64,000 nt of DNA. Source: Epithemia pelagica. Its lineage: Eukaryota > Protista > Bacillariophyta. Position 1 is the first letter of the stretch; each line of letters opens with the position of its first letter. The stretch is from the NCBI GenBank assembly GCA_946965045.2, contig OX337232.1:1860001-1924000 (forward strand), read 5' to 3'. Below, in pieces: positions 44,766-57,479 of the stretch. The position numbers were made by a program, and so were the translations under genes. Below the pieces are notes generated by a model that was not told the DNA's origin, searched no databases, and was given only the letters and a program-made list of their open reading frames with translations.

Positions 44766-45743
44766 ATGTCCGGTCGACTGAAAATATCAATCAAAAAGTC
44801 ATACTGCCCGTGGTCCGCATCCAATGTTTCAAAGTATCGTAAGGAGGAACAGCGTGTTCGAGAGAGTCAACGACTGGAAGAGAACAAGTTGAAGGAGGTT
44901 GCGAGTCAAAACCGACGGCATTCGATGGCCCAGGAACGGGCCCGAAAATGGAATGAAACCTTGTCTCCACTGAATCCTGATCATGTTCATCTGTTTCCAC
45001 CGCCTCCAGACTCAGAAACAAGGGGGGTAGGACGCCATTCTGCTGAACATGAGACAAAGAGCACAAACAAAATGAAGCATGATAAACCATTTTATCTAGT
45101 TGCTCGAACAGATTTTTCTTTGGATCAAAGAAATCATACAGCGAAAGGATCAGATTCACGAAAAATTGTAAAAGAACGTTCGAAACACGATGCTTCGGAT
45201 CCCATGCACAATGTCTGTCGAGAGTCTGGAGAGAAAGTTTCTTCCGTTGAGAAACAACTTGCCACCACTCGGAATTCCCTCAGTGAAAGAGAGGAGAGTT
45301 GCGTGACTATGCCTCCCCATCCACCGGAAATACAGGAGTGTCATGTTCGTGCGATTAAAGACGACGAAAGAAGAAAGCGAAAGAGAAGGGAACGACGAAG
45401 TACCCGAAAGTTTTCTCGTCGTGATGATGACGATGATCCGGGGAGCACGAGTAGCAGTGTTTATTCCGAGGAAGACCAAAGGAAGGATCAAAAACGAAGA
45501 AGAAAGGAGAAGAGAAAACAGAAGAAATGGGAGCACGAAAGAGATAGACACAAGCGGCATGGTGAACGCCTTCTCGAGCGAAACGAGACTATGGAAAGCA
45601 ACATAGAGATGCTACGACGAAAGCGACTGGAACGGGAGTCAAAAGAGCAAAAACGAGAATCTACGCTTATGAGCTTGGTTTCTCGAAACAATCCACAATC
45701 ATCATATGGCTACAACTCTCAATACCATAGATTCATTTCGTAA
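44766..45743 (+). CDS. LENG1-like / Cir_N-type spliceosome-associated protein
   Basis: N-terminus KKSYCPWSASNVSKYRKEE; C-terminus IEMLRRKRLERE..E and YNSQY. Confidence 0.55.
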   Translation: MSGRLKISIKKSYCPWSASNVSKYRKEEQRVRESQRLEENKLKEVASQNRRHSMAQERARKWNETLSPLNPDHVHLFPPPPDSETRGVGRHSAEHETKSTNKMKHDKPFYLVARTDFSLDQRNHTAKGSDSRKIVKERSKHDASDPMHNVCRESGEKVSSVEKQLATTRNSLSEREESCVTMPPHPPEIQECHVRAIKDDERRKRKRRERRSTRKFSRRDDDDDPGSTSSSVYSEEDQRKDQKRRRKEKRKQKKWEHERDRHKRHGERLLERNETMESNIEMLRRKRLERESKEQKRESTLMSLVSRNNPQSSYGYNSQYHRFIS

Positions 45744-46167
45744 TCACCTGAAGATTGTAATGGCTCTGAGACAACACTGTGCTTACTTGTTTGTGTAAAC
45801 CCTTTGACCTATGCTCCTTGGACCATTACGACAACATACATAAGCATAAGTGATACTACGTACAATTACCACATGTTGGTGGGACTGCGAAACACATTGT
45901 TTGATGTCTCTCTTTACTTGCGTGAGTTTGTTCGTCTCTATGGAAAAAGAAAGATACCATTGTATCCATAATTCAGCTACATACAGACTATTAACTATGC
46001 AAACTACGAAGATCACACATACCCCTTTGACTTTGACCGCCCCAAACATTCCATATAAAGATACAAAGGAGAAACGAAGGAAGATGTACGACGAGTGACA
46101 AATACCATATCAACTTGTTGATGCAGGTCGTTCAAGCATACAATCCGTGTTATCGACAATCGACACT

Positions 46168-47679
46168 TCAATTCTGTTTTGTGCGACGAAAGAAGCCACG
46201 TCTGGCTCGGGGATTGGTGATGTTACTGCAACTCTCCGGTTTGTAGTTCCGGTAACATTTGTCCAATTGCTTCATATCAAACCAACTCATATGCTTCTTC
46301 GTCATTGGATTGAACTGCTTCCCTTCGAGTTCCACTTCTTTGGTTAAGTTTGACGCAAACTCTTTCCAATTTATATGAATATCCGGAAAGGATATCAAGA
46401 TGCCTTGTCCAAAGAGCAACTCTACAAATTCTTTCAATTCATCCTTGTTGAGAAGCCTTTCATCCAGGAGGTCAAATATACGATGATGATATCCCATTTC
46501 TCGACATCTATGCAAGGGCAAGGTGTAATTGAGCCAGGGGTTGACCTTTTGAATCTCACGTGCCTCACCAAAGTAATCATCAATGACTTCCAGCGGCAGC
46601 TCAAGCATCGCATCCAATTGATTGTAGTAGTTCACCACACTTTGGTCGTCGGTACAAAGACGGACAACGATCCAAACTGGAAGTGCTTGCAACGCTTTCA
46701 TGTGAAGGATGAACTCTTGTTGTTCTTCATCTGTGGAGTCACCGTACATATCGGTCGGCATCTGTTGCAGTGGGAGAAAATAAAAATGAGTGACTTTGCA
46801 TTACAAACAAACAGCCGTGAACAAAAGAAAGCATAAAACACATACGCCATCTGTCGCCAGAACGATCACAACAGTCTGTCCTGATCGGATGAGAAGTTCT
46901 TGCATTGCCTCGACTTGCGTTCGTATATCCTTCAAATGGGATGTCAGGGGTGTCGCACCCTTGGGTTGGGCACTTTTCAAGACGGCTTTGGCCTTTTCCA
47001 ATTCCTGCTGCACCGTTTGTTCCGTAGATCCCGCAATGGTAAACTCTTGTGGTCCCACTCGCCCGCCAGGATTGTTGAGAAATCGAAAGACGGTCGTTGC
47101 CTCGAGTACACTGGCCAATTCGGCATGATACGTCACCGCCCCTTTGAGTTCTGTCCATCGAGTACAGGACACGGAAGTCATTACTTGCTCGGACGAAGCG
47201 CTGTCCATACTGGTCGACCCTCCGATACTTCGCAATTCATTTCCATCTGGTGTGAGCATGGAACCTGAGTTGTCAACCACCCAGAATCGAATTGGATGGG
47301 CAATCTTGGCTGTAATCATTTCGAACGCCAGTCCTCTAGGAAAGCCTTGACGCTGCAATCCGCTGAGTGCCTTTTGTGTCTGACTTTGCAATCCAGGAGT
47401 ACCATTAGTAGGCGGCAAAGTATTCGAAGAATGCCCAGCCATGTGTTTCAGAGGGACAGCTTGTGTTTTGTGTGGGCCTTTTGAGGGTCGCGCAACTTGT
47501 GGTTGATAGTTCTCCGACGAATGTGCCGTGCTTGGGACAGGCATACTCAAGTCGATGGACATTTCCGAGACGAGAGCAGCAGGTGCTGTCGATGAAGACA
47601 TTTTTTGTCTCCGCCGTCGATCCACCGAGTCCGTGGGCGAGATCTCCTGTCGCCTTGAGTGGTTTGACGAAGGCGACAT
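46168..47679 (-). CDS. vWA-domain protein, paralog 3 (intron 46762-46845)
   Basis: FWVVDNSGSM, CTRWTEL, GATPL, VLATDG|MPTD, WIVVRLCTD, PWLNY.LPLHR.RE. Different intron position from paralogs 1 and 2. Confidence 0.85.
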
Positions 47680-48176
47680 CTCGTTTGATGAGGTCCTTTC
47701 GCTTCTAGTGAATATATGATGTTCTTGAGACCAAGTTGACAACAGATAATGTGAAAAACTTGCAGATGATGGGTTACATCATTATTCCATTCGTTTGTTG
47801 GAAAGATGCAATCCTCCAGCTCGGACCTTGTTGCAAAAATTGAAGTATTGACATTGTTGATAACGGTACATGAATACGAACGTACCTTCTATCTGGGATC
47901 TAATGTACCCCCCATGTTGTATTCTTCAGATCTCTATTATGAAACCTTGCCGCCCTTGCTTGGACTTGCATCTGCATCCGTTCTGTACTTGACATCGGAA
48001 TCGGACACGCATCCCATAGAGACTCCGTCTTTTCGGTCGTGGATGCGAAGTAAGAACGACTGAGTCACCAATTTCCATCGTGATCGGAGAGAAATATTTC
48101 TAATGAATTCATGGACTTTGTCATGTAATATCGCTGGGACGTACCATGCCTTGCCAGCTGATCTTTGCGTGACACC

Positions 48177-48918
48177 CACCCCTAGCGGGGGCGGCTACGA
48201 GGGTGTAATTGTGTGTAGCCACCCCCATCTCTCTGGTTGGGATCTAGTCGGCCGGCATATTTCATTTCCTCCACCACGATAACAACACGACAATCAAACT
48301 TTGTTGTTGCTGGTGACCTCCTACGACCACCCCATCATGATCCGACCATTGTATGCTTCATATTATCACCATGGTAGTGCATTGTGAGGGGCACAGTGCA
48401 TGAATGTCAGTCTAGGAAAGAAAATGTAGTGAGCCCGTAATCCGGCACAACACGAGAGACCATGATGGCACAAGAACACATGACAGTAGATGTTTTGCTA
48501 TCAATGCACTACGTAACTACTGCTGTTATGTGTATTGTGTTTCAATAGGTGTCCAATGAAAGCAAGATAAGAGCCATATCACCCTTTGAGTTGCTTCGTT
48601 CGAAATGGTGAGACGTCACTTCCGTATGCCCGTGCCACGAAGCATGGTGCCTGAGAGTCTGATCCATAATTGCCTTGACCTTCAGGTTTTGGCCTCGCAT
48701 ATGCATCCTACACTATTGGTTTGAGGTCTACGATTCATCCGACAGGTTCGAAGTGTCAGAATAGGTCCACAACAACCAGTGCAACACATGGTCCGTGTTG
48801 TTATCGCGATGGCCGGAATGAGTTATGCCGGCCGACTAGAAACAGGTTATTTTTCCACCAGAGAGGTGGGGGTGGTTCACTGATATTAAACCCTCAAAAC
48901 TACCCCCGCTAGGGGGTG
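48177..48918. mobile_element. MITE / non-autonomous TIR element with long imperfect TIRs
   Basis: Both ends CACCCC(C)TAGCGGGGG, alignable for about 140 bp (shared blocks CTCTCTGGT, TCTAGTCGGCCGGCATA, CGATAACAACACG). Flanked by the direct repeat GCGTGACACC (48167-48176, 48919-48928). No internal ORF of note. Confidence 0.85.
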
Positions 48919-49353
48919 GCGTGACACCGGAGCACGAAGAGATAGGCCCCCTATCAATAAGGAGTGGTAATAAGAAATGAACAAGTCCATGGACTATCTA
49001 TTGTTATCCGTATGCTCCCTCGAGAGAACCCCGATAGAGATTTGACATTAACTACTCAGTGTTTCATGGCGTCACCAATTATTTGTAGAAACGAGAAAGG
49101 AAATACGTTAAGCGATAAGGATTTCCCCCTCAGGCGACATAAGGGACAGAGTGATTCCCCCCCACTTCTACTTCTACCGCCCCCCTTTTTGATAGGTTGC
49201 GTCCCTTCTGCCTTCTGCGGATCGACGACGAAGCAAAATAGGTTCAAGACTTTTAGTCGCCGCCGAGGTGCATCTGCTGTGAGAGGGTTGGACCTTGGAC
49301 AACACACCGACGATACCAACGTTGTACGAAGAGCAAAGGCATTTTGGGACAGG

Positions 49354-51707
49354 ATGGAGTTCCTTAGCATAGACAAGCTTCGCAACGTTGCGGAAGACGC
49401 GTAAGTACCTGGTCGGTTGGTGTTGTTAGGCTGGCCCAACCACATTGGCAGCACGCGGTCATTCGGTTGAAGGATATCCGATGGCGGAGTGCATGGTTGG
49501 CTTTCCTTCATTGAGCGTGTGATAATCCATAGCACGTCAGTTGATGGGTGAAATTGGGCAAATGAATGGATCATTCATCGACACCCGGTTTGCGTGTCCA
49601 TTTTCGTTCCTCTCCTCATTTCCATTTCCGTTCCTCTCGTCGCTATATCTTTGCTCATTTCTTCAGCTTCAACCAAGCAAAGCCCAAAACAGAGACAGAG
49701 ACAAAACTGTATGAGGTGTTGTCTCATAAAAACTGGGGGTCAAGCAGTACATTGATGAATGATATTGCTCGTGACACCTACGACTATGACAAATTCGGAA
49801 TCATTTCCACTGTCATGTGGGAATCCATGGAAAATCAACGACCCGCGGCGTGGCGTGTGGTATTCAAGGGCCTGACTCTGTTGGAACATTTGATCAAAAA
49901 CGGATCAGAACGCTGTGTGGATGATGCTCGTAACCATGGCCATTCTCTGAGAGCTCTACAGCAATTCAACTACTACGAAGAGACCATTGATCGAGGTCAG
50001 GGAGTCCGAGAAAAAGCAAAGCAACTGATCGAAATGCTCGGGGATGATGAACGAGTTCGAGAAGAACGTATGAAAGCTCGTAAACTTCGAGAAAAATTTG
50101 GTGGTGGCAATCTAGGAGGTGTGAGTGGCGGCGGTGGTTCTCGCGGCGGCGGCGGTGGTGGTGGTGGTGGTGGTGGTGGCTACGGCAATGAAAGTAGTTG
50201 GGAGTCTGGTGGTGGATATGGAAATGGCGGCATTGATTCGAGACCCCGCCGAAGTAACAATGCCTACAGTGGTCGATATGACAATGAACGCGAAACGCGT
50301 GCATCGGCGGCTTCTGGTCCAACCTTTGCCACGCTCCCTCCCGCCCCGGAATCAACCAAGCGAAAGAAAAAGAAGGAAAAGAAGAAACCGGTACAATCCG
50401 AAGAAAATATCCCAGAGCCTCCTCCACCAGCAGATTTGTTGGATTTTGGTAGCGAAGCTCCTGCTCCAGCTCCTGCAGGAGGGGTTAACTCGGGTGGTAA
50501 TGATGGATTCGATGACCTCACGTCAAGGAATGTACCATCTGACGCTGCTGATCCCTTTGCTTCGTCTGGTGGTGCGGCCGCACCGGCCTCGGACGATTTT
50601 GGTGCATTTGATTCTGCACCAGCAGCTCCGAACAATATAGGCGTACCAGCAAACAATGGTGGTGATCCGTTTGCGGCCGCGCCACCAGCGCAGCAAGCCA
50701 TGGGAGGAGGATTTGACAACATGGCTATGAACAATAATATGGCCATGAACAACAACATGGCAATGAACAATAATATGAGTAACATGAATCCCATGATGCA
50801 GCTTCAATCAGGTATGGCTGGTATGAATGTGGGAAATTCAGCAAACAGTATGATGGGCAGCATGCCTCCTCAGCAAGCAAACAACAGTAATATCATGGGT
50901 GGTGGTCCAGCACAGATGCAGCAACCAGCAAAATCCGCTGCAGAAGATGACGAATTTGGAGCGTTTGAGGATGCGGGAGCTGGAGCTGCTTCGAGCGCTA
51001 CCGCCGTTTCCACAGATCCCATGAGCAAGCTGATATCATTGGACGGATTGTCAAAGAACGCCCCAAAGAAGTCAAACAAACTCTCTGAACCAGTAGCTTC
51101 CGGTCCATCCGATTCAAGTCAAGGAATGGGAGGAGGGTTTGACAGCTTTGGTAACATGGGTGGTGGAAACAATATGGGAATGCCAAACATGAACCAAGGG
51201 ATGATGGGCGCTAACGGTAACATGGCATCTGCCAGTTCCACAATTGGTATGATGGATCCGTCACTAATGGGAATGTCTGGACAACAGCAACAAGGCATGG
51301 CTGGTGGAATGGGTATGGGAATGCAAGGAGGCATGGGAGGTATGAACTACAATAATCCTCAAGGTGGCGCACAAGGCATGGGAGGTATGAACAATATGCA
51401 AGGAGGAGGCATGGCTGCTGCTGGTATGCAAGGAATGGGAGGCATGGGAAATAATGGTATGATGGGCAATCCTATGATGATGGGTGGCATGCCGATGAAC
51501 CCTGGTATGGGTGGAGGAATGATGAATCCACAAATGATGGGTGGTCAGCAAGGACAAATGGGCGCCATGAACAACAACATGCAAGGTGGAATGAACATGC
51601 AACAACAGAACATGACAATGAACAATCCACAGATGGGCATGGGAGGAGGAAACTTTGGTGGTAACAGCGGAATGAACCAGGGTGGTGGCTTCCAATCCAC
51701 CTTCTAA
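49354..51707 (+). CDS. Epsin / ENTH-domain clathrin adaptor (intron 49401-49666)
   Basis: Exon 1 MEFLSIDKLRNVAEDA, GTAAGT donor, CAG acceptor. ENTH motifs NWG, WRVVFKGLTLLEHLIKNGSE, DRGQGVREKA; DLLDF and DPF motifs; Met/Gly/Asn-rich tail. Confidence 0.9.
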
Positions 51708-51904
51708 TGCGGAGCTTCCGACAGGCTACCTAGGTAGAAGAAAGAAGGCTGTGTCTATTCAGGCGAGGCGCCTCAGATAGACGAACCACACCTTGTCATT
51801 CCTTTGCTTGAAAGTCTCGTTTGGCGCACTGAACTCTAGTAACCTCGTTTTAGTAGTCCAATTGACGCATGTGTTCATCTGCAATATGTGTGTTGAACGG
51901 TGGA

Positions 51905-52661
51905 TCATCTAATACGAATGACCTCAACGTCCCAAATGGTAGGCGCCGGAAATGGTGGTTGTGAATCTCCGCGACCATTCAACCTGTTCTGGTAGTCGAT
52001 AATTTGCTGGCGGCCACGAAATGTTGTGGGTTTCGGATTCCAGTCACTGGTTTCAAAACCGAGCGACGGTGGACAAACAATGCGACGCTTTTCTCCTCGT
52101 TTCATTCCCACCATTGCCTTTTGGATACCAATGGGAACATCTTTACCACCCATTGTGACCAATAATGAATCAAGTGATCCTATATCCTGCACCAAATTGG
52201 CCATTGCCGAGATCGATTTTGTTGTACCCCATTCCCCTCGAATACATATATGAACCATTGGCTTGGACGATGCTGTAAGCAATCGAAACTTTTCCAGAGT
52301 CTCCCACTGTCTCCGCTCCAAGACCGGGAGCCAAGACACGGAACTGGACACCTCCAGGGAGTCGTGTCACAGGGTTTGCTTTCACAAATTCTTCCTCCTT
52401 TCGTTCACCGATTTCACGACAGGAATCAATATCGGTGCACTTAGCTTCTGCTGCAGTAGAGCCCGCACCCAATATCAAGGACGACGAGCTCCAAACAAGC
52501 CAGTTGCGGCGATTCATTTCGATTCCTGGCGCTGTCAATGGTCTTACAATCTGCTCACGAAGTGAATTGTCCAAAGGATCTAACACATCAGATTCACGAA
52601 GTTTTGAGGAAGTCCCTGACCACGCACGACATGGCAGTGGAAGACAAACAATGAAAGCCAT
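51905..52661 (-). CDS. Thylakoid-lumen FKBP-type PPIase with apparent 1-nt insertion at 52194-52196
   Basis: Signal peptide, NRRNW twin-Arg, AEA; VSIAYS, VPIGIQKAMVGMKRGEKRRIVCPPSLGF, WDVEV. The two halves are in different frames; removing one base gives GNGQLVQDIGSLDSL. Confidence 0.82.
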
Positions 52662-53006
52662 TACCAAACGAAGGGCTACAACCTTAACGGTAACAAAAGT
52701 GGCAATGAGGGTTCAGAATCAATATCGGCGCATCTCTTCAACAAAAAAGACAAGGTATCAGTAGTGCACAAACTCGACGTACATGTTTGAAGTTGTACAT
52801 CATTGTCGTCTCCAACACCTCGAACCTCGAACGGTAAAAAAAATGAGGGATCATCATCGCCCAACTGTGGTCAGTGAGAACTGAAGCCTCCCGTGCAGGG
52901 AAACTAGGTATCCTGCTTATCTAAGTTTTCGTGGCTCGACCGTCTCAAGTCTGACTTCAGAAAGGGGACTACCTACTCCTAGGGGGACTATAATGTGATC
53001 TTTTGT

Positions 53007-53986
53007 TTAGTTTTTGTCATCTTTCTTCTTCTCTTCTTTGTTGCTGTCGTCCTCTGTTTCCTCAATAGAGTCAAGTACTTCAGTGCGAAAGTTGTGATTT
53101 GTATAAACACACATATCGGCTGCAATAGTCATTGCCTTGGTTGCGACCTCCTCAGCACTCAGATCCGAGATCTCCATCAGCGCTCTCGCAGCAGCTACAG
53201 TGGGACAGAATAGAGAGTGAGACCATAAGACGAATGGTTAGAGACAACGGTTCGGGACGTGTTGGATGTTTTCATCCGCTCGACCCAAACCGTAAAGGGG
53301 AGGATCATGGGAACTTACCAATTGCGTAAGGTGAACCAGATCCAACACCAAGAATACCATCATAGCTTTCCAACACATCTCCATTTCCGTTGATTTCTAA
53401 ACTGACCTTCTCATCTGCTACAATGAGGGCCGCTTCCAGGCGCCTCAGGTATTTGTCAGTACGCCATCCTTTGGCTAATTCGACACAAGACCGAGATAGT
53501 TGCCCAGGATACTCATCCAATTTTCCTTCCAACCGCTCGAGAAGGGTAAACGCATCAGCTGTAGTACCCGCAAAACCCACGATAGTTCCCCCATTGTCGT
53601 CCTAACAGCAAATAGTCATGGTCGAACAATATGAGCGAGACGACAAAAAAGGAAAGTTGATTTGTATTGATGCTCACCGTGCGGTCTTTTGATGGGATTC
53701 GACGGATTTTGACGACATTTGGCTTGACAATCATAGGACCTTGGCTGACCATTCCATCTCCCATCATACAAACTTTACCATTTTTCCGAACACAGACGAT
53801 CGTTGTGCCATGCCGATCTGGAAGTGTCTCAGCCCTGGACGTTCCATGATACGATCTCATATTATGTGCGACAGTCGGACTTCCAATGCATCGCGAAAGC
53901 ATGACTCTTGTTTTGTTGCATTGAGCCGCCAGATCCTGTTGTTCGGCATGTTTGAAGAAGCTTTTGACTGAAAGGATTCGAAGCAT
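53007..53986 (-). CDS. hslV: Mitochondrial HslV (ClpQ) protease subunit (introns 53602-53677, 53195-53318)
   Basis: [10 protein letters not shown] (catalytic Thr), [49 protein letters not shown]. Confidence 0.95.
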
Positions 53987-54347
53987 GATTCAATCTTCAG
54001 GAATGTTGCTCTTTCGCAGTTCTAATCGTCAGAAAACTACAGATTGCTGCTGAATGTCGAAAAGTGGTAAGGCCGATGTTCCAAAAATCTCTCTCTTGTT
54101 GGCTCGATTGTCGTTCAGTGTTCAGTGCATTGTCGATGCGTATGGGATTGTCCCTATCCAGGCAGCCACAAGAAGATCTTTTGTGTGAGACATCAGAAGC
54201 AGATGGTTCGCAGTTCCGTGAAAGCCTCAGTCGCGGATGGTAGTCGTGACAACAACGCCGACGGAATTACTACTGATGCGTGGTACGCCTAGGTTTTCAT
54301 GTGACTTTAAGTGGCCCGAGGAGTTAGACTCTGATTATCTGGGTTCA

Positions 54348-55481
54348 TCAGGACAACTTCTTCTTCGATTTTCGTTCCAAGTCTGCCTCCCATGAAGTCC
54401 TTGCGACTCTATACAGCTCCATGGCAGCTCGGGCATCATCAACAGAATCGTGGGACTCGCCCTCCCTCTGAATATCTATGTTACAGTGTTCCTTGACCAA
54501 ATCACGGAGCTTTCGTGGTCTCCATTTCTTCCCAGCTAACCGTTGATATGGTCGGTATTTTGCTGTATCTCTTATGTCATCTTTCGAATGTTTTAACATT
54601 AGTGCATCCAAGTCATTTTTCAGCGCGTGTCCAACAAGAATTTTCCCCTTGAGAAGAGAGGCTACCTTTGTTCTACATTGCTCAGGAGAAATAGCAGTGT
54701 CAGCTTTCAGATGCCGGGCAGAAACTCCCGACCAACGTGTGCGGAAATCAGTGACTTTAGATGGGACCTGGACGAAAGTGTCTAGCAACACTTCACCAGA
54801 CCAATCTGTAACAGAAACTCTTGCTAGGGCAGATATTCGCCCTTCTCTTCCTATACCAACCATTTCACAGTCAACGGCACGGTATTGATCCTTGATTTCA
54901 TCGGAAATTTCAGACTCGAGTTTTGCGAGTGCTTCTTTCTTTGCTCTCTTCTCTGATCTTTCCTTCTCATCCTCCACCAATTTGTTGATGTTAGGAAACT
55001 CTCGTGTCCGTTTTCTGTTTATAGGATTTTTGTTTGTTGCATCAGAAGATGATGATGGATTTTGATTATCCTCCACAAAAACAATGTCTTTTTCATTGAC
55101 TCCTTCAATTCTCGCTCGACGACGTGTATCCTTTCGAAATTTCCTTGCTTCCTTTCCTCTGAGATTTTCAGGGATATGAACCCTCATTTTTCCATCGAAA
55201 GAACGCCCAACAAAAGAGGAAGAGCTAGAAACTTCGACTTCTTTCAAAGTGCGTGATTCGAAAGAATCGGGTGCTTCCGCACTGGAAGGTTGACCGCTTC
55301 CTACGCCGTTTTGGGAATGTAAATCGCCATCGTCAATATGCGGCTTCTTCGACGCGTCCTGTTCACCGAGACGGTCATGCTGTTGATGGTCGTGCGAGCA
55401 TCCATTTGTTTCACAAAGAGCTCTTCGTTTCTTCTTCCTCCTTTCTCTCATTCTCTGCTTTTGTTTCTTGCTGATGAACAT
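54348..55481 (-). CDS. REX4: RNA exonuclease 4 (DEDDh)
   Basis: AVDCEMVG, LARVSV, VTDFRTRWSG, LVGHALKND, HDSVDDARAAM. Confidence 0.9.
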   Translation of the reverse strand: MFISKKQKQRMRERRKKKRRALCETNGCSHDHQQHDRLGEQDASKKPHIDDGDLHSQNGVGSGQPSSAEAPDSFESRTLKEVEVSSSSSFVGRSFDGKMRVHIPENLRGKEARKFRKDTRRRARIEGVNEKDIVFVEDNQNPSSSSDATNKNPINRKRTREFPNINKLVEDEKERSEKRAKKEALAKLESEISDEIKDQYRAVDCEMVGIGREGRISALARVSVTDWSGEVLLDTFVQVPSKVTDFRTRWSGVSARHLKADTAISPEQCRTKVASLLKGKILVGHALKNDLDALMLKHSKDDIRDTAKYRPYQRLAGKKWRPRKLRDLVKEHCNIDIQREGESHDSVDDARAAMELYRVARTSWEADLERKSKKKLS

Positions 55482-55869
55482 TATAACAGTGCCAGACCCT
55501 GGTTTGGGACATGACCAGGATGAACGCGACGTTTTGGATTTGGAATTTTTTACTACTCCTACACTGAAGATTTGGATGGGTATCGGGAGAAGGTACGTGC
55601 GTCGTCGGCTTGTCTTGTTTCTCAGCGCGCTCGTTGCGTAGAGTCGGCATGCGCGCGTCACGTTTTGGCGTTAACCGTTAAATGGGGACTCCACTCTCCC
55701 CTCACAACTCGGGTTTTGCAACTCGCCTTTTTCACCGTGCAAGCTGATTGCGGCTTGAGACGTCCTACACAAGATACAAGCCCATTTCATTGGAAGAGAA
55801 GAGCAAAACGCAGCATCGCTTGTGTGGATACTTTGATTGCATCTGCTGGCATTATTGAACGGATGAAGG

Positions 55870-57427
55870 ATGGATGCAACTGGTGGCTTTATCACAATGG
55901 CTGGAGACCGTGTTCACAGATCCACGGCAACATACATCTTTCCTACTCTCAAGCTTAGTGAGATTCTACAGTGCCTCGAAGAACTGGAGATTCCAATCAG
56001 CAAACAGGAGCTTACAGAACCCTCTCGCCATAGAGATAAACTGAGGCAGATGTGGATCCGGGTTGTAAGTGTTTGAAAGTGATTCTGTGGACATGACAGT
56101 TTTCTTAAGGTAAATATTCTAACAACCACTCGTCATGGCAGCTGGATGTTTGCACAGGTCAAACCGAAGAAGATCTTTCGGACCCTATTCCATTGCCGGA
56201 GAATGCAGACGAAGCATTTAAAACATCCCATACTGGTTTCGGTGATGTACAGCTTTTTCGAGCATTGCGACGGCTGATGGACATTGCTGGCTACGACCAT
56301 TTCTCAATGCGCGACTTATATGCTCCCGAAGCAAAACGAGTCAAGCACCAACTTTCCGCAATCATTAACGTGGCGAAGCACCGTGAAGATAAACTGCTTT
56401 TGTATACGGAGCTTATTGAACCTGTAAGTTCGAATGAGGTATGTTATGTTGACACAATATGATTGCATCCTAAATCATCTACATTTTTTCTTCTCATCAG
56501 AGGGCGGAACTCGTCGCAGCTCTTGAAGAGCTCAACGAAGAGAACAAGCTGCTCCACTCTCAGCTAGAGGAAGCGAAGAAATCTTCAGAGATGAAATCGT
56601 CTCAACTGAAAGAAATTATGGACGAATGCAGTGAATTGGAGGTTGAGATTGGTCGGGATAACCGAATGCAGGCCACCTTGAGAGAAGAGGCGGCTCAACT
56701 GAAACGTCAAGCAAATGATATAAAAGATGAGTTGACTGCAGCAGAGTGGAAGTTGGAAGAACTGGAAGCACAGGAAGAAAGTCTACTCTCGCATGTGGTT
56801 TCTAGTCCTGATCGACGTCGGAAAGAAGCTGATGAGCTTCTTGAACGTGTTCAACGTGAGAAACAAGAAAACACAGAAATTGAAGAAAAGATTCAAAACT
56901 GCAAAATCTGTCAGCGCAACCTCAAGACAGCTGAAAAAGATTTGGTTGTCACAACTGGAATGGTAGAAGAATTGCACCAATCGGCCGTGAAATACATGGA
57001 CTTGGTGAAGTCAGTAGAAGACACTATCACAACGGTCTCAGAGAAAGAAAAACAGCTGCAACAAATTGAAGATGAAACTAAGCAAAAGCAACGTAGTATT
57101 CACCGATCGGAAGAAGACGCAATAGCCCAACGGAAACAACATGCACTTGAACTTGAAGCGGTACAGGAGTCATTAGACTCATTTAAATCTCAACTTCTCG
57201 TGGTTGAGAAAGATCGACGGGAGGGCATGTTACGAGTTCAGCAGGGGGAAGCTGAAGTCCAAGCCATCAAAGAGGCAATGGAGTTCGAGCGTGCGCAAAC
57301 AGAGCGTGAGATCGGAGAGTTAATTACGGAATACAAGAAGGCAGAGCGACGGTTCATTGAGAGAGACATTGCTCGCCGAAGTGTACTAGGTAGGCTTTCT
57401 GACTCGGCCATCAATTCTTCAACATAA
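55870..57427 (+). CDS. NUF2: Kinetochore protein Nuf2 (introns 56065-56141, 56424-56500)
   Basis: FPTLKLSEILQCL, DLYAPEAKR...LSAIINVAKHRE and a long coiled coil. Canonical splice sites keep the frame. Confidence 0.85.
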
Positions 57428-57479
57428 GAAGTGCGCATCATGAAATCTTTCAAAGAGAGGAGAACGATAACGTTCTAGT

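Noticed and set aside
48964-49574. 146-aa and 172-aa ORFs next to the MITE
   Set aside because: The end of the plus-strand ORF is simply epsin exon 1, and the rest lacks homology signals.
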